This document shows positions 9,486 to 19,002 of a DNA stretch of 64,000 nucleotides, piece by piece. This stretch comes from Candidatus Eiseniibacteriota bacterium (lineage in GTDB: Bacteria > Joyebacterota > Joyebacteria > Joyebacterales > Joyebacteraceae). Numbering within the stretch: the stretch's first letter is position 1; each line of letters starts with the position of its first letter. The DNA lies in NCBI GenBank assembly GCA_030595835.1, contig JAUVLG010000002.1, positions 19,147 to 83,146 on the forward strand. Direction: 5' to 3'. The position numbers and the translations under genes were made by a program. The notes under the pieces were generated by a model. The model had not been told where the DNA came from. It was given only the letters and a program-made list of their open reading frames with translations, and did no database searches.

Positions 9486-12400
9486 CTACTTGAGCATCAC
9501 CATCTTCCTGGTCGCGTTCCAGGTGTCCACCGACAGGCGGCAGAAGTAGACGCCGGAGGCCACGGATTCCCCGTGGTCGTTCCGTCCGTCCCAGCTGGCA
9601 ACGTGGTTGCCGGCGTGCCCCGTCTCGTCCAGCACCGTGGCGATGCGCCTGCCCGCGACGTCGTAGATGTGCATCCGCACTCTGGCTCCGTCGTTCGCCA
9701 CCGAGTATCGGATCGACGTCGACGGATTGAAGGGATTGGGCGAGTTCTGCGAGAGCCGGTTGGCTCGGCCGATTCCGACGTCATCAACGCCGGTCGTGCC
9801 TATCAGGTCAGAGCCGTCCAGTATGCGCGTGACGTACTCGAGGCGTGTGGATGGATGAGAGCCGTCGGTCATTCCGCCCAGCAGGACTGGCACCATGTAG
9901 CGGCGGCCGCCCGTAGCAGCGTCGACGTAGAGCGCGCCGCGTTCCAGCCCGGCCTGGTCGAGCCAAACGAGCTCAGTGCCCGCGTCACCGTTCGGTCCCA
10001 CCTCACCCACGAACTGATCGCTCCATCCCTGGTAGTCGTAGTCGAACGACAAATCCTGCGTCGGCTCTCCCGATTGCCCGGCCACGGACTCGACGTTTCC
10101 GTCTCCCTTGCCGAGCCCGGTGACGTACGTTGCGTGGAATCTGTTCCAGAGGTCGAGCGCCGTCGGGCTGCCGTTGATGTAGTAGGAGCCGCCGAACATC
10201 GGCTCCTCGACGTAGACGTCACCGCCGGCGTCAAGAAAGCTCGTGAGCGCGGCCGCCTCGTCGTCGGTCATCTGCACGTTGGCGCCCGGTTCTCCGAAGT
10301 TGACGACGCCACCGAGGTAGATGATGAGTTCGAAGGGGGAGAGGTCGGCGGGGAGCGTCTCGGAGACGGAGTACAGCTCACCGACCGACTCGAGGGCCTC
10401 GATCCACGGTATCTCGCTGCCGTCGGCCGTGGTGTAATCGTCCCCGATCCCGTCGAACGGCTTATCGCCGTCATCGGCATCCCACAACAGGATGCTGGAG
10501 TTCACGCTGGCAGCGATCGGCCCCTTGGACCACACTTCCGTCCGCTCGTTACCCGAGAGGTCGACGGCGGTGAGCGCGTAGTAGTAGTGCTGCTTGTTCT
10601 CCGCAGTGACGTCGGTCCAGTCTGTCATGGCCGCGTCCAGCAGGTCCGTTGCTATGGGCGTCATCTCGGTGACATCCGAGAAGCGCTCGGTGTCGCGGTA
10701 GACCCGGTAGTGCGCGAAGTCGGACGGAGGTGCGTAGCCCGCCCAGTCCAGAAGGATGGCTCCACCTACGTCGAACGGATCGGCGGGTATCAGGTTATCG
10801 ACGGCCGCCGGGGCGTCTGTGTCCGGGGGCTGGTCGACGATGGACATGCTGCCCTCGTAGGGAAGGATGCCCTGGCCAGTGACCACGATCGTCATCGTTC
10901 CCTCGACGGTCGGCGCCGGAGACAACGTCGCCACGCCGTCGGGTCCGGTCGTCGCGACGACCGACAGCTCGCTGCAGGACAGGAACACGGTGGCGCCGTC
11001 GATCGCCTCGCCGTCTCGCGACACGGCCACGAGCAGCTCGTGCTCACCCAACGGTATCTCGCCGGCGTGCGCGACAGTGGACGTAACCGGATTCCTGGTC
11101 CATATGCGAGTCTCGGGATCGCCGAGCAGGTTGAGTTCGTAGAGAGTGTAGCGCGTGTAGCGTTCGGATCTCGCCAGTTCGACGAACGCGTCCTTGTGGG
11201 CCGCGTGGGCGACTCCCGCGTGCTCCAGTCCCTCGTTGAAGAGCTTGCTGAAGAACTCCCTGTCGAACTCGTCGCCGGTTCCATTGCCGGGGTTGCCGGG
11301 CGAGCCCCATCCATACCGGCTGTTGCCGACGTAGGCTATCCCGCCGCCGCCCGGTGAGTTGAGCCAGTGTTCCGCTATGCAGTCCCTGTCTATTGCCGCG
11401 GACCAGCAGCCCATTGAGTAGAACAGGCCGTAGCGGGGAGCGTTGGTCAGACCGTCGAAGTCCGAGCGGTAGAGCGCTCCGCTTCCGATGCACAGGACCG
11501 TCGTGTTGGCGTGACCGTTGTGGTTGATGATGTTGTAGCCGGTGTTCATCGCGGCGACGGCGCTCGAACGCGACAGGTTACCGCTCGTCTCATAGAGCTT
11601 CGTGATGGGATCGTATAGCTCCGGCACCGACTCGTCGTCGATCATGTTCTTGCAGATGGCGTGATCGGTCCAGGGGTTGGTCCAGAGAACCTCGGCCATG
11701 AAGAGTATATTCTCCAGATAGTCCGTCGGCAGCGGGTCGCCTCCCGGCGCTCCCTCGTAGGTCAGGACCTTGTTGACGAAGCGCGCGGCCTCGGTCGTGT
11801 TGTCGACCGGAGCGCGCCCGACGAACACGTCGGCATACATATCGATCTCGTCGAGCGAGATCTGGCCATACGTGCCGTTGCCGTTCGCGTCCCACGTGCC
11901 ATCGAGGTCGCCGTAGTACAGGTCGCAGCGGATCTGGTCTTCGTCCGGTGCGCCGCCGACGCCGGATGTCATTGCGTAGACCGTGCGGGCCGGGACGACG
12001 CCGGTGTCGCCTCCAAGAAGCACCCACATCGTGCCTTTGTTCTCGTAGTAGTCGATGATGCAGTTCCGGATCTGGTCCTGCTCGTCGACACCCGTGTAGT
12101 TGGAGTAGATCCACGTCGTGGTCACTACCTCGGTCGTCAGCCCCTTCTGCGCCTTCCAGTCAGCCAGTGTCTGGAATGTCGATTCGTAAGCGGAAGGAGC
12201 GATGATCAGGTAGTCGACCTCGCCGCGGCCGGCTCTGGGACCTGCCGATCGATCGATCACGTCTTCCGGATTGACGACGAGCGAGCGCGAACGCTCCGCG
12301 GCGGCGCTGGCCGACCTTGCGGAGAGCGGACCCGGGACCCGGGCCGTATTCGGCGCGAACTCGATCTTGAGAGATATCTCAGTGGTCTCATTGACGTAAA

Positions 12401-12902
12401 GCTTCCGCTCGGAGGCCACATACTGGACAGGGTAGAACGCAACGGTCGCGATCCCCTGGCCGGAGGCTGAGCCCGAGCCCAGGAGGACGCAGCTTCGCTC
12501 GGGGTAGGGACGCGACGATGCGTATGCCTCGGCATCCGCGTCGACCCAGGCAGCCGCCTCGAGTGTCGAGAGCGGTACCTCTGGCTGGCGTGGCCGCACC
12601 AGGAATGAGCCGGGACGTTCGCCCCGCGACAGGACCGTCGCCTCCGCACTCACCGCCACTGCCCCGTCTGGGAGAGCGAACCTGACGAGCATGAGCGGTA
12701 GTTCCGGGTACCCTTCTTCATGCGTCGTCAGTTCGCCTCGAAGGCGGACGACATCGAAGCCGTCTACCTGCTCGACGAAGAGATCCTGTTCCGCTACCTC
12801 CACTGTCGTCGTCAGCGCACTCTGTGACGCGAGAGCCATAGACGTGAGGGCGCAGAGAGCGGCGACAGTAGACAGCACTATCCGAAGACCGGACAGGCGC
12901 AT
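9486..12902 (-). CDS. Second secreted C25 (gingipain-like) peptidase with FN3-like and FlgD-Ig/T9SS-like C-terminal domain
   Basis: Signal peptide; DYLIIAP, LLGGDT, DLYYGDLDG, VGRAP, HNGHA, MGCWS, NLLGDP; C-terminal NSPNPFNP...GVYFCRL...RKMVMLK. Confidence 0.9.
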   Translation of the reverse strand: MRLSGLRIVLSTVAALCALTSMALASQSALTTTVEVAEQDLFVEQVDGFDVVRLRGELTTHEEGYPELPLMLVRFALPDGAVAVSAEATVLSRGERPGSFLVRPRQPEVPLSTLEAAAWVDADAEAYASSRPYPERSCVLLGSGSASGQGIATVAFYPVQYVASERKLYVNETTEISLKIEFAPNTARVPGPLSARSASAAAERSRSLVVNPEDVIDRSAGPRAGRGEVDYLIIAPSAYESTFQTLADWKAQKGLTTEVVTTTWIYSNYTGVDEQDQIRNCIIDYYENKGTMWVLLGGDTGVVPARTVYAMTSGVGGAPDEDQIRCDLYYGDLDGTWDANGNGTYGQISLDEIDMYADVFVGRAPVDNTTEAARFVNKVLTYEGAPGGDPLPTDYLENILFMAEVLWTNPWTDHAICKNMIDDESVPELYDPITKLYETSGNLSRSSAVAAMNTGYNIINHNGHANTTVLCIGSGALYRSDFDGLTNAPRYGLFYSMGCWSAAIDRDCIAEHWLNSPGGGGIAYVGNSRYGWGSPGNPGNGTGDEFDREFFSKLFNEGLEHAGVAHAAHKDAFVELARSERYTRYTLYELNLLGDPETRIWTRNPVTSTVAHAGEIPLGEHELLVAVSRDGEAIDGATVFLSCSELSVVATTGPDGVATLSPAPTVEGTMTIVVTGQGILPYEGSMSIVDQPPDTDAPAAVDNLIPADPFDVGGAILLDWAGYAPPSDFAHYRVYRDTERFSDVTEMTPIATDLLDAAMTDWTDVTAENKQHYYYALTAVDLSGNERTEVWSKGPIAASVNSSILLWDADDGDKPFDGIGDDYTTADGSEIPWIEALESVGELYSVSETLPADLSPFELIIYLGGVVNFGEPGANVQMTDDEAAALTSFLDAGGDVYVEEPMFGGSYYINGSPTALDLWNRFHATYVTGLGKGDGNVESVAGQSGEPTQDLSFDYDYQGWSDQFVGEVGPNGDAGTELVWLDQAGLERGALYVDAATGGRRYMVPVLLGGMTDGSHPSTRLEYVTRILDGSDLIGTTGVDDVGIGRANRLSQNSPNPFNPSTSIRYSVANDGARVRMHIYDVAGRRIATVLDETGHAGNHVASWDGRNDHGESVASGVYFCRLSVDTWNATRKMVMLK

Positions 12903-12953
12903 GGGAATCCTCCTCCTCCGGGATCATCTGTGGCTAACTTGTTCAATCACCTC

Positions 12954-12982
12954 ATTTTAACTCATTTGACCGTCTTAGTCAA
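12954..12982 (-). promoter_or_regulatory. Sigma70-type promoter with an overlapping inverted repeat
   Basis: TTGACT-N17-TAAAAT; TTGAC-N7-GTCAA palindrome at 12966-12982. Confidence 0.7.
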
Positions 12983-13275
12983 GGAATACTGATTCAGGAA
13001 AGAGTCACACCCCACGCGACAAACGCGGCCGGGGCAGGGAATCGCACACGACGGGCCGGTGACAGCGAGTGTGACCGATCTGAGAGGAGACTGCAAAAGC
13101 CGAGGCGCGACCGTCACTCGGGATCCATGGTCGGTCCCGAGGGCGAGCCGCGCCTCTCGTCCTGCATCCTGCTCAGTGGCTCGGAGGTCCGCCCCGCCCA
13201 AGTCGCTCAGGTTCGGGCGGCGTTGCTCCTCCTGTGCACTTCCTCGAGAACCGCACTGACGCCGGCTGCTCGATG

Positions 13276-14502
13276 TTACCTGTAGAGCGCCTTGATCTGT
13301 GTCCAGGACGTGTTCTCCACCGGGCTCTCGTGGTTGCCCAGGAATGTGACGTCGTCGATCATGGCTCCGGCATCACCACCACCGGCAGGCCCGCATCCAT
13401 TGTCTGTGGTGTACATCACCCACAGGAAGCCGCCCCAAGTGTAGGGACCGGGGAAGTCGAACTGCGTGATGTCATAGCCGATGTTGTAGGCCGTGCCACC
13501 CCAGCCGTCGCACGAACCGAAGTCGCCCCAATACGCCGCGATGCCGTAGTAGTCGGCGCCGTTGGATGTGCCGTTGAAAGTTATGTAGTCGTTGTCGACC
13601 GTCGGGATCGCGAAGTGGATGGCGAACCGGACCGTGCAGCTCAGGGCGCCTACCAGATTGACGAGAGGAGAGTAGAGGGCATTCTGCAGCATCGGCGGGA
13701 CGAAGCTCGTGTCGGCGTCATCACCACACCACCAGCTGTGCGGGTCGCTATAGGCCGGGCAGCACCTGTCGATCAGGTGCCAGAAGTCACCGGCAGCGCC
13801 GGGAACGGCCGGGATCAGATTGACCTGGTCGTCGGCGTTGTCGTAGAAATACACATAGCCGCCGAAGTAGTCAAAGACCTTGACCATGTCGCACATGAAA
13901 CCACCACCGACGGACAGATAGAGAGCGTCCTGATCGGACCAGGCGCCGTCCGACAGGAAGCGGAAACGAGCGTTGAGCGGATTGTCGTATGTAGCGAGGA
14001 TGAAACCGTAGAGACCAATGTCGGTCCACGGCTGCGTCCCGTCGTAGCCACGGTTCAGGTCCACGAAGACGCCGAGGCTCTCGGCCTGCACGTACGTGTA
14101 GTCGTAGCCCGTCTCCGAATCGTGACGGAACGCGTATGTCAGGATCGGATACGTGGCGCCGCTCAGGTCCAGCGTCGGGATGACCAGTCTGTCGTCCCAG
14201 CTGTTGCCGTAGCCACCGTCGGCGTCGTAGTCGAAGTTGCCGCACCACCAGGAGTGTGCGCCCTCGTAGGCCATATACGTGTCAATGTGGAAGTGCGGGG
14301 ACGCGCCGGCGCTGAAGTCGGCGGTCGAGTACCCGCTGACGTCACCTTCCATGTCGTCAAACGAGAACTCAATGTTAGGCCATCTCTCACTCTCATATCC
14401 GATATCGTAGACGGGTGAGGCGACCAGCTTGCTGGCCTGGACCTGCCCGCACGCAAGTATCACGAGCGCGAGCGCCGTCAAAAGGATCGTCGTCCTCTTC
14501 AC
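13276..14502 (-). CDS. Secreted acidic protein with two beta-sandwich (InhA/MAM-like) repeats and C-terminal SWxxIKALYR tail
   Basis: Signal peptide; HSWWCG occurs twice; DSETGYDY; ends VENTSWTQIKALYR; GTG start after AAGGAGG. Confidence 0.75.
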   Translation of the reverse strand: MKRTTILLTALALVILACGQVQASKLVASPVYDIGYESERWPNIEFSFDDMEGDVSGYSTADFSAGASPHFHIDTYMAYEGAHSWWCGNFDYDADGGYGNSWDDRLVIPTLDLSGATYPILTYAFRHDSETGYDYTYVQAESLGVFVDLNRGYDGTQPWTDIGLYGFILATYDNPLNARFRFLSDGAWSDQDALYLSVGGGFMCDMVKVFDYFGGYVYFYDNADDQVNLIPAVPGAAGDFWHLIDRCCPAYSDPHSWWCGDDADTSFVPPMLQNALYSPLVNLVGALSCTVRFAIHFAIPTVDNDYITFNGTSNGADYYGIAAYWGDFGSCDGWGGTAYNIGYDITQFDFPGPYTWGGFLWVMYTTDNGCGPAGGGDAGAMIDDVTFLGNHESPVENTSWTQIKALYR

Positions 14503-14838
14503 TGGACACCTCCTTAGTGTAGCGAGCCACGCGGACGCGCACCGACATCTACAGGGGCGCGGCCACGTCCCATTGGACTCCGCAGGTCATTCTCGGGGCA
14601 CCAGTCCTCGGGTGTCAACAGAAAAAGAGCGGCGCGCACCGGACGACGTGCGATATAGAGGAATGGATTCAGGGGCCTCACGCCGAAGGTGGCGCGGGTG
14701 GGCGGCAACGTGCTGCTTGACAGAGGGGTCCGACTGGCCCTATAAGATGAGGGCGACCCGTCGTCTACTGATGGGTCGTGTGCGGATGGTGCGCGGAACT
14801 GCCGCGCGCAGGCCGCAGGGCGCAGATACGGAGGCAGT

Positions 14839-16056
14839 TTGCACAAAGACACCGTGGTCATAGTCCTGGCAGGAGGCAAGGGAGAGCGTCTCTGGCCTCT
14901 CACGCGGGACCGGGCCAAGCCCGCCGTGCCCTTCGGTGGCATCTATAGGATCGTCGACTTCAGCCTTTCCAACGCCATGAACTCGGGTCTCAGGCGGATC
15001 TTCGTCCTCACACAGTACAAGTCCATCTCGCTGACCAGACACCTTCGGCGCGGATGGGATCACCTGAGCTATGCCCTCGGGGAGTTCATCGAGAACGTGC
15101 CCGCGCAGCAGCGGCTCGGCGAGGTCTGGTACAGGGGGACCGCTGATGCCATCTGGCAGAACGTCTACCTCCTGGACCAGCTGAAGCCCAAGCCACGCTA
15201 CGTCTTGGTGCTCTCGGGAGATCACGTTTATCAGATGGACTACAACGGTCTCCTCGCGTACCACGCGGCCTCGGGTGGCAGCGCGACCGTGTGCGCACAG
15301 GAGAGGCCCGTAGAGGAGGCCTCCGAGTTCGGTGTGCTTCAGGTGGACGACGCATTCCGCGTCCGCGGCTTCCAGGAGAAGCCCGAGCGGCCCGACACCA
15401 TTCCTGGGAAGCCCGACCGCGTGCTGGCCTCCATGGGGGTCTACGTCTTCAACACCGATTTCATGATAGAGCGTCTGAGCGAGGCCGCTGAGCGAGGCAT
15501 GTTTGACTTCGGGCACGACCTTCTGCCCGAGATGACAGAGAGGGAAGACGACCTTCGGGCGTATGTCTTCGGTGAGAACGGAGCGCGGGGTTACTGGCGA
15601 GACGTCGGCACCATTGATGCGTATTGGGCGGCCAACATGGACCTCGTGAGTCCGATTCCTGAGCTCAATCTCTATGACAGGGAATGGCCGATCCACACAT
15701 ACCAGGGTAGGTTCCCGCCCGCCAAGTTCCTCCACGACGGTGCCCAGGAGGGCGACAGGATGGGCGTCGCGGTCGACTCGATAGTATCGACCGGCTGCAT
15801 CATCTCCGGCGGCCGGATCCACAGGTGCGTGCTCTCCCCGCGAGTGCGGACGAACAGCTACAGCTATGCGTTCGAGTCCATTCTGATGGAGGACGTCGAC
15901 GTCGGACGGTACGTCAAGCTCCGCCGCGTCATTGTGGACAAGGGCGTGCAGATCCCCCCCAGGACCCAGATCGGGTACGATCCCGAGGAAGACGCGCGGC
16001 GATTCACGATCACGAACAGTGGCGTGGTCGTCGTGCCCAAGGGGTTCACTTTCTAG
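14839..16056 (+). CDS. glgC: Glucose-1-phosphate adenylyltransferase
   Basis: LAGGKGERL.PLT..RAKPAVPFGG.YR, WYRGTADA, LSGDHVY, FQEKP, YWRDVGT. Confidence 0.96.
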   Translation: MHKDTVVIVLAGGKGERLWPLTRDRAKPAVPFGGIYRIVDFSLSNAMNSGLRRIFVLTQYKSISLTRHLRRGWDHLSYALGEFIENVPAQQRLGEVWYRGTADAIWQNVYLLDQLKPKPRYVLVLSGDHVYQMDYNGLLAYHAASGGSATVCAQERPVEEASEFGVLQVDDAFRVRGFQEKPERPDTIPGKPDRVLASMGVYVFNTDFMIERLSEAAERGMFDFGHDLLPEMTEREDDLRAYVFGENGARGYWRDVGTIDAYWAANMDLVSPIPELNLYDREWPIHTYQGRFPPAKFLHDGAQEGDRMGVAVDSIVSTGCIISGGRIHRCVLSPRVRTNSYSYAFESILMEDVDVGRYVKLRRVIVDKGVQIPPRTQIGYDPEEDARRFTITNSGVVVVPKGFTF

Positions 16057-16168
16057 CATCGACTTGCAGTGAACGTGTTGTTGGGACGCAACTTGTTGTG
16101 CCCGCGGCCTGTCAGAACATATGGAACCTCGTTCCGGATGCCCTCCTGGAGTGATGGACGGAACAGCC

Positions 16169-16924
16169 ATGTCCGAACGCCCTCAGTACATCACGAAGAT
16201 CCGACGCGGACGCGAGCGGCGCTACCGGCGCACGATCGCCTGGTCGACCGCCGGAGCTGTCGTCTTCCACATTCTGTTGGTTTTGATAATCGCTACCTTC
16301 AGAGAGCGGCCCCATCTCGTCATGCGCAGTGGCTACAGGGGAGAGTTCCGCCTGCTTCCGGCGATCTCGATTCTGAGGGAGCCGGACGTGACGGAGAGCG
16401 AGGCGCAGGCCAGAGGCAGAGAGTTGGGGAGCTCCGGTTTCACGGTGGTCAACCTGGTCGTTGCCGAACACGCGCTGTCGAGGAAGACCCCGATCGAGTC
16501 CGAGGTCGAGGAGCTGGATCGGGCACTGGGGGATGACCCCCGGAATCTGCGCGATACATCCCTCCCGCAGCCTGCCGGCCAGGAGATCGTGATCGAACAC
16601 CTCGTGGAGCCCATCTACCCGCAGTCCGCGATCGACCGGGAGATCGAGGGCGTGGCGGTCTTCGTGATCAGCGTGGATGCGACGGGCGAGGTCCGCAACG
16701 CCCGGCTCGTCGAGTCCGAGGTCAGTGGGGACTGCAACATCGAGGCGCAGCGCGCGCTGCTGCAGTGGAGGTTCGCTCCTTATCTCGTCGATGGCAGGGC
16801 GATTCCCTTCCACAAGTTCTACCGGATACAATTCGACCTCCTCGATGAGTTCCAGCGCGTCCAAGAGGCTCGTTCGAGAGAGAAGAAGCGGCGTGCGCTG
16901 CCTGCTCCACGAACTGCCCCGTAG
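16169..16924 (+). CDS. TonB-family energy transducer
   Basis: N-terminal TM helix with His (AVVFHILL); C-terminal PIYPQSA....IEG, WRFAP domain; start uncertain (16121-16169). Confidence 0.75.
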   Translation: MSERPQYITKIRRGRERRYRRTIAWSTAGAVVFHILLVLIIATFRERPHLVMRSGYRGEFRLLPAISILREPDVTESEAQARGRELGSSGFTVVNLVVAEHALSRKTPIESEVEELDRALGDDPRNLRDTSLPQPAGQEIVIEHLVEPIYPQSAIDREIEGVAVFVISVDATGEVRNARLVESEVSGDCNIEAQRALLQWRFAPYLVDGRAIPFHKFYRIQFDLLDEFQRVQEARSREKKRRALPAPRTAP

Positions 16925-17057
16925 AACACACACCCGCCGGCCGTGCGGGCGGGCACGCTCCCGTCCTTGACACGAGCCTGTCCGCTGGGCGAGACTCGGC
17001 GGACGTCCGGGCGCACTGCGCGCGGCGACTGACGACACTCTCCCGAGCGAGGTGCAG

Positions 17058-18965
17058 ATGAGTTTCAACAGGCGCTCCAGGTTTCCTCTCGCGCGGGCGT
17101 GTGCCGCCGCGCTTGTCGCCACGGTTCTTCTGGCGATACCCGCGGCGAACGGTGCGCGGGCGGACACTCCCGAGGGGTACTTCGTTTCCGTGGAGGAACT
17201 GAAGCGGGGCGACAGGTGCGTCGGGCGGACCGTTTTCGTCGGCACCGAGATCGAGGAATTCGAGCTTCTGATACTCGGAGTGATCCGCGGCGCCGCGCCT
17301 GGCACTGACCTCATAATCGGCAGGGCGGGAGGTGCTCTGCTCGAGAGAACCGGGATACTCGAGGGCATGAGCGGCAGTCCAGTCTACAAGGACGGGAGGC
17401 TCATCGGCGCGATCTCGTCGACGTGGCAGTTCAGCAAAGAGCCCATCGCGGGGATCACCCCGATCGGAGAGATGCTGCCGGCGCTGGAACTGATGGACAC
17501 AGAGGGTCACGCGAGCGGCCGCCCTGGCCTGGATGAACTTCCAGGGCTCGCTATGCTGCCCGAGGGCGAGAGGGCTGCTTCGTCTCTCGCGCGGATCTGC
17601 GATACGGCGGGTATGCTCGAGCGGCGGATCGACCTGCACTCCGCATCGAACGCGGTCGCGTTCGGTGATCGTGTGCTGTCCCCAATAGCGGCCCCTCTGG
17701 TCGTCTCGGGCGCGAACGCGGACTACGTCCATCGCGCGTCCCGAATACTCGGGCCCGGAGTTGCGCCGCTGCTCGGATCCGGCGTCGCGCCCGGCCCCGC
17801 GGCTGTCCCCGGGTCTTCGTCGGGAGCGGGATGGAACGCCGGGGAACTCGAGCCCGGTTCCGCCGTGGGGATCCAGTTCGTGAGAGGGGACGTCAACTGG
17901 ACCGCGATCGGCACTGTCACACATCGCGACGGCGACCGACTTGTCGCGTTCGGCCACCCGCTCTTCAACGCGGGAGCCATCGACATGCCGATGGTTGCAG
18001 CCTTCGTCCACGCCGTCATGCCCATTCAATCCATGTCGTTCAAGTATGCGTCCGGGGGAGAACTCCTCGGGACCATCAAGGAGGACAGGAACAGGGCCGT
18101 GGCGGGCATCGTTGGCCCGGGACCGCCCATGGTCCCGTTCACGGTGAACATACGTGCGAATGGCGGCGAGCGCCTCTTCGAGTTCGAGACGGTGAGCAAC
18201 CGCCCCTACACTGCGCTCTTCAGTGGCCTGGCCTTCGGCGGGGCGGTATCGAGCGCCGTGAAGGCCTCGGGTCCCGTGACCGTCGACATGAGCGTCCGGA
18301 TCGACACCGGGGAGGAGATGGTGGAGTACCGCGACGTCTTTCACACGACCGAGCCCGCGATGAGGTGCAGTGGCGAGCTGTCGCTCCTTCTGTCGTTCAT
18401 CGCGGAGAACGCGTTCGAGGAGAGGGAGCTTCGGGGAGTCGAGCTCGATGTGACCATTCGGGAGGGAGATTCCTGGACGGTGATCTCTCGTGTCGACGCC
18501 GACAGGAAGGTCTACCGGCCCGGCGACGACGTGACGCTCCGCCTGTTCATGCGTCCCCGACAAGGCGACCCGTTCGAACGCGAACTGTCCCTGCGGATCC
18601 CCAACTCGATCACGCCCGGCGCGCTCACGGTGCGAGTCGGCGATGCCGTGTCGTTCCATCTGGGTGAGCGGGACCGGCTGGCGGCCGGAGCGGCGCCGCG
18701 AAGCTACGAGCAGCTCCTGAATCTCATCAGGGACGCCAAGCCCGGGAACATCGTGGTCGCCCAGCTGCTCTCCGACAGCCCGAGCCTGTCGCTGTCGGGG
18801 GACGAGATGCGCGGTATCCCCGGTCGGGCGGGCCTCGCGATGGCGTCGAGCGCGACGAGCGGGGCCGTCGATCCGTCCATGTTCTCCGTGCTGAGAGAAC
18901 GCGAGCTCGCCGTTGAGGGCCAGGTTGTGGGGTCCTTCGAGATGACCATTCACGTCAGGGAATAG
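17058..18965 (+). CDS. Secreted SpoIVB-family (S55) serine peptidase domain protein
   Basis: Signal peptide; GILEGMSGSPVY.DGRLIGA; GTVT....D..VAFGHP. Confidence 0.85.
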   Translation: MSFNRRSRFPLARACAAALVATVLLAIPAANGARADTPEGYFVSVEELKRGDRCVGRTVFVGTEIEEFELLILGVIRGAAPGTDLIIGRAGGALLERTGILEGMSGSPVYKDGRLIGAISSTWQFSKEPIAGITPIGEMLPALELMDTEGHASGRPGLDELPGLAMLPEGERAASSLARICDTAGMLERRIDLHSASNAVAFGDRVLSPIAAPLVVSGANADYVHRASRILGPGVAPLLGSGVAPGPAAVPGSSSGAGWNAGELEPGSAVGIQFVRGDVNWTAIGTVTHRDGDRLVAFGHPLFNAGAIDMPMVAAFVHAVMPIQSMSFKYASGGELLGTIKEDRNRAVAGIVGPGPPMVPFTVNIRANGGERLFEFETVSNRPYTALFSGLAFGGAVSSAVKASGPVTVDMSVRIDTGEEMVEYRDVFHTTEPAMRCSGELSLLLSFIAENAFEERELRGVELDVTIREGDSWTVISRVDADRKVYRPGDDVTLRLFMRPRQGDPFERELSLRIPNSITPGALTVRVGDAVSFHLGERDRLAAGAAPRSYEQLLNLIRDAKPGNIVVAQLLSDSPSLSLSGDEMRGIPGRAGLAMASSATSGAVDPSMFSVLRERELAVEGQVVGSFEMTIHVRE

Positions 18966-19002
18966 CAGCGGAGTGGGCCACAACGGGCCCCTGGGAGGTT
19001 CG

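Noticed and set aside
9372-11357. Long antisense ORFs (also 16722-19292, 32050-33411, 38858-40099, 52139-53293)
   Set aside because: Shadows of real genes in GC-rich DNA; Arg/Pro/Gly-rich with no family motifs.
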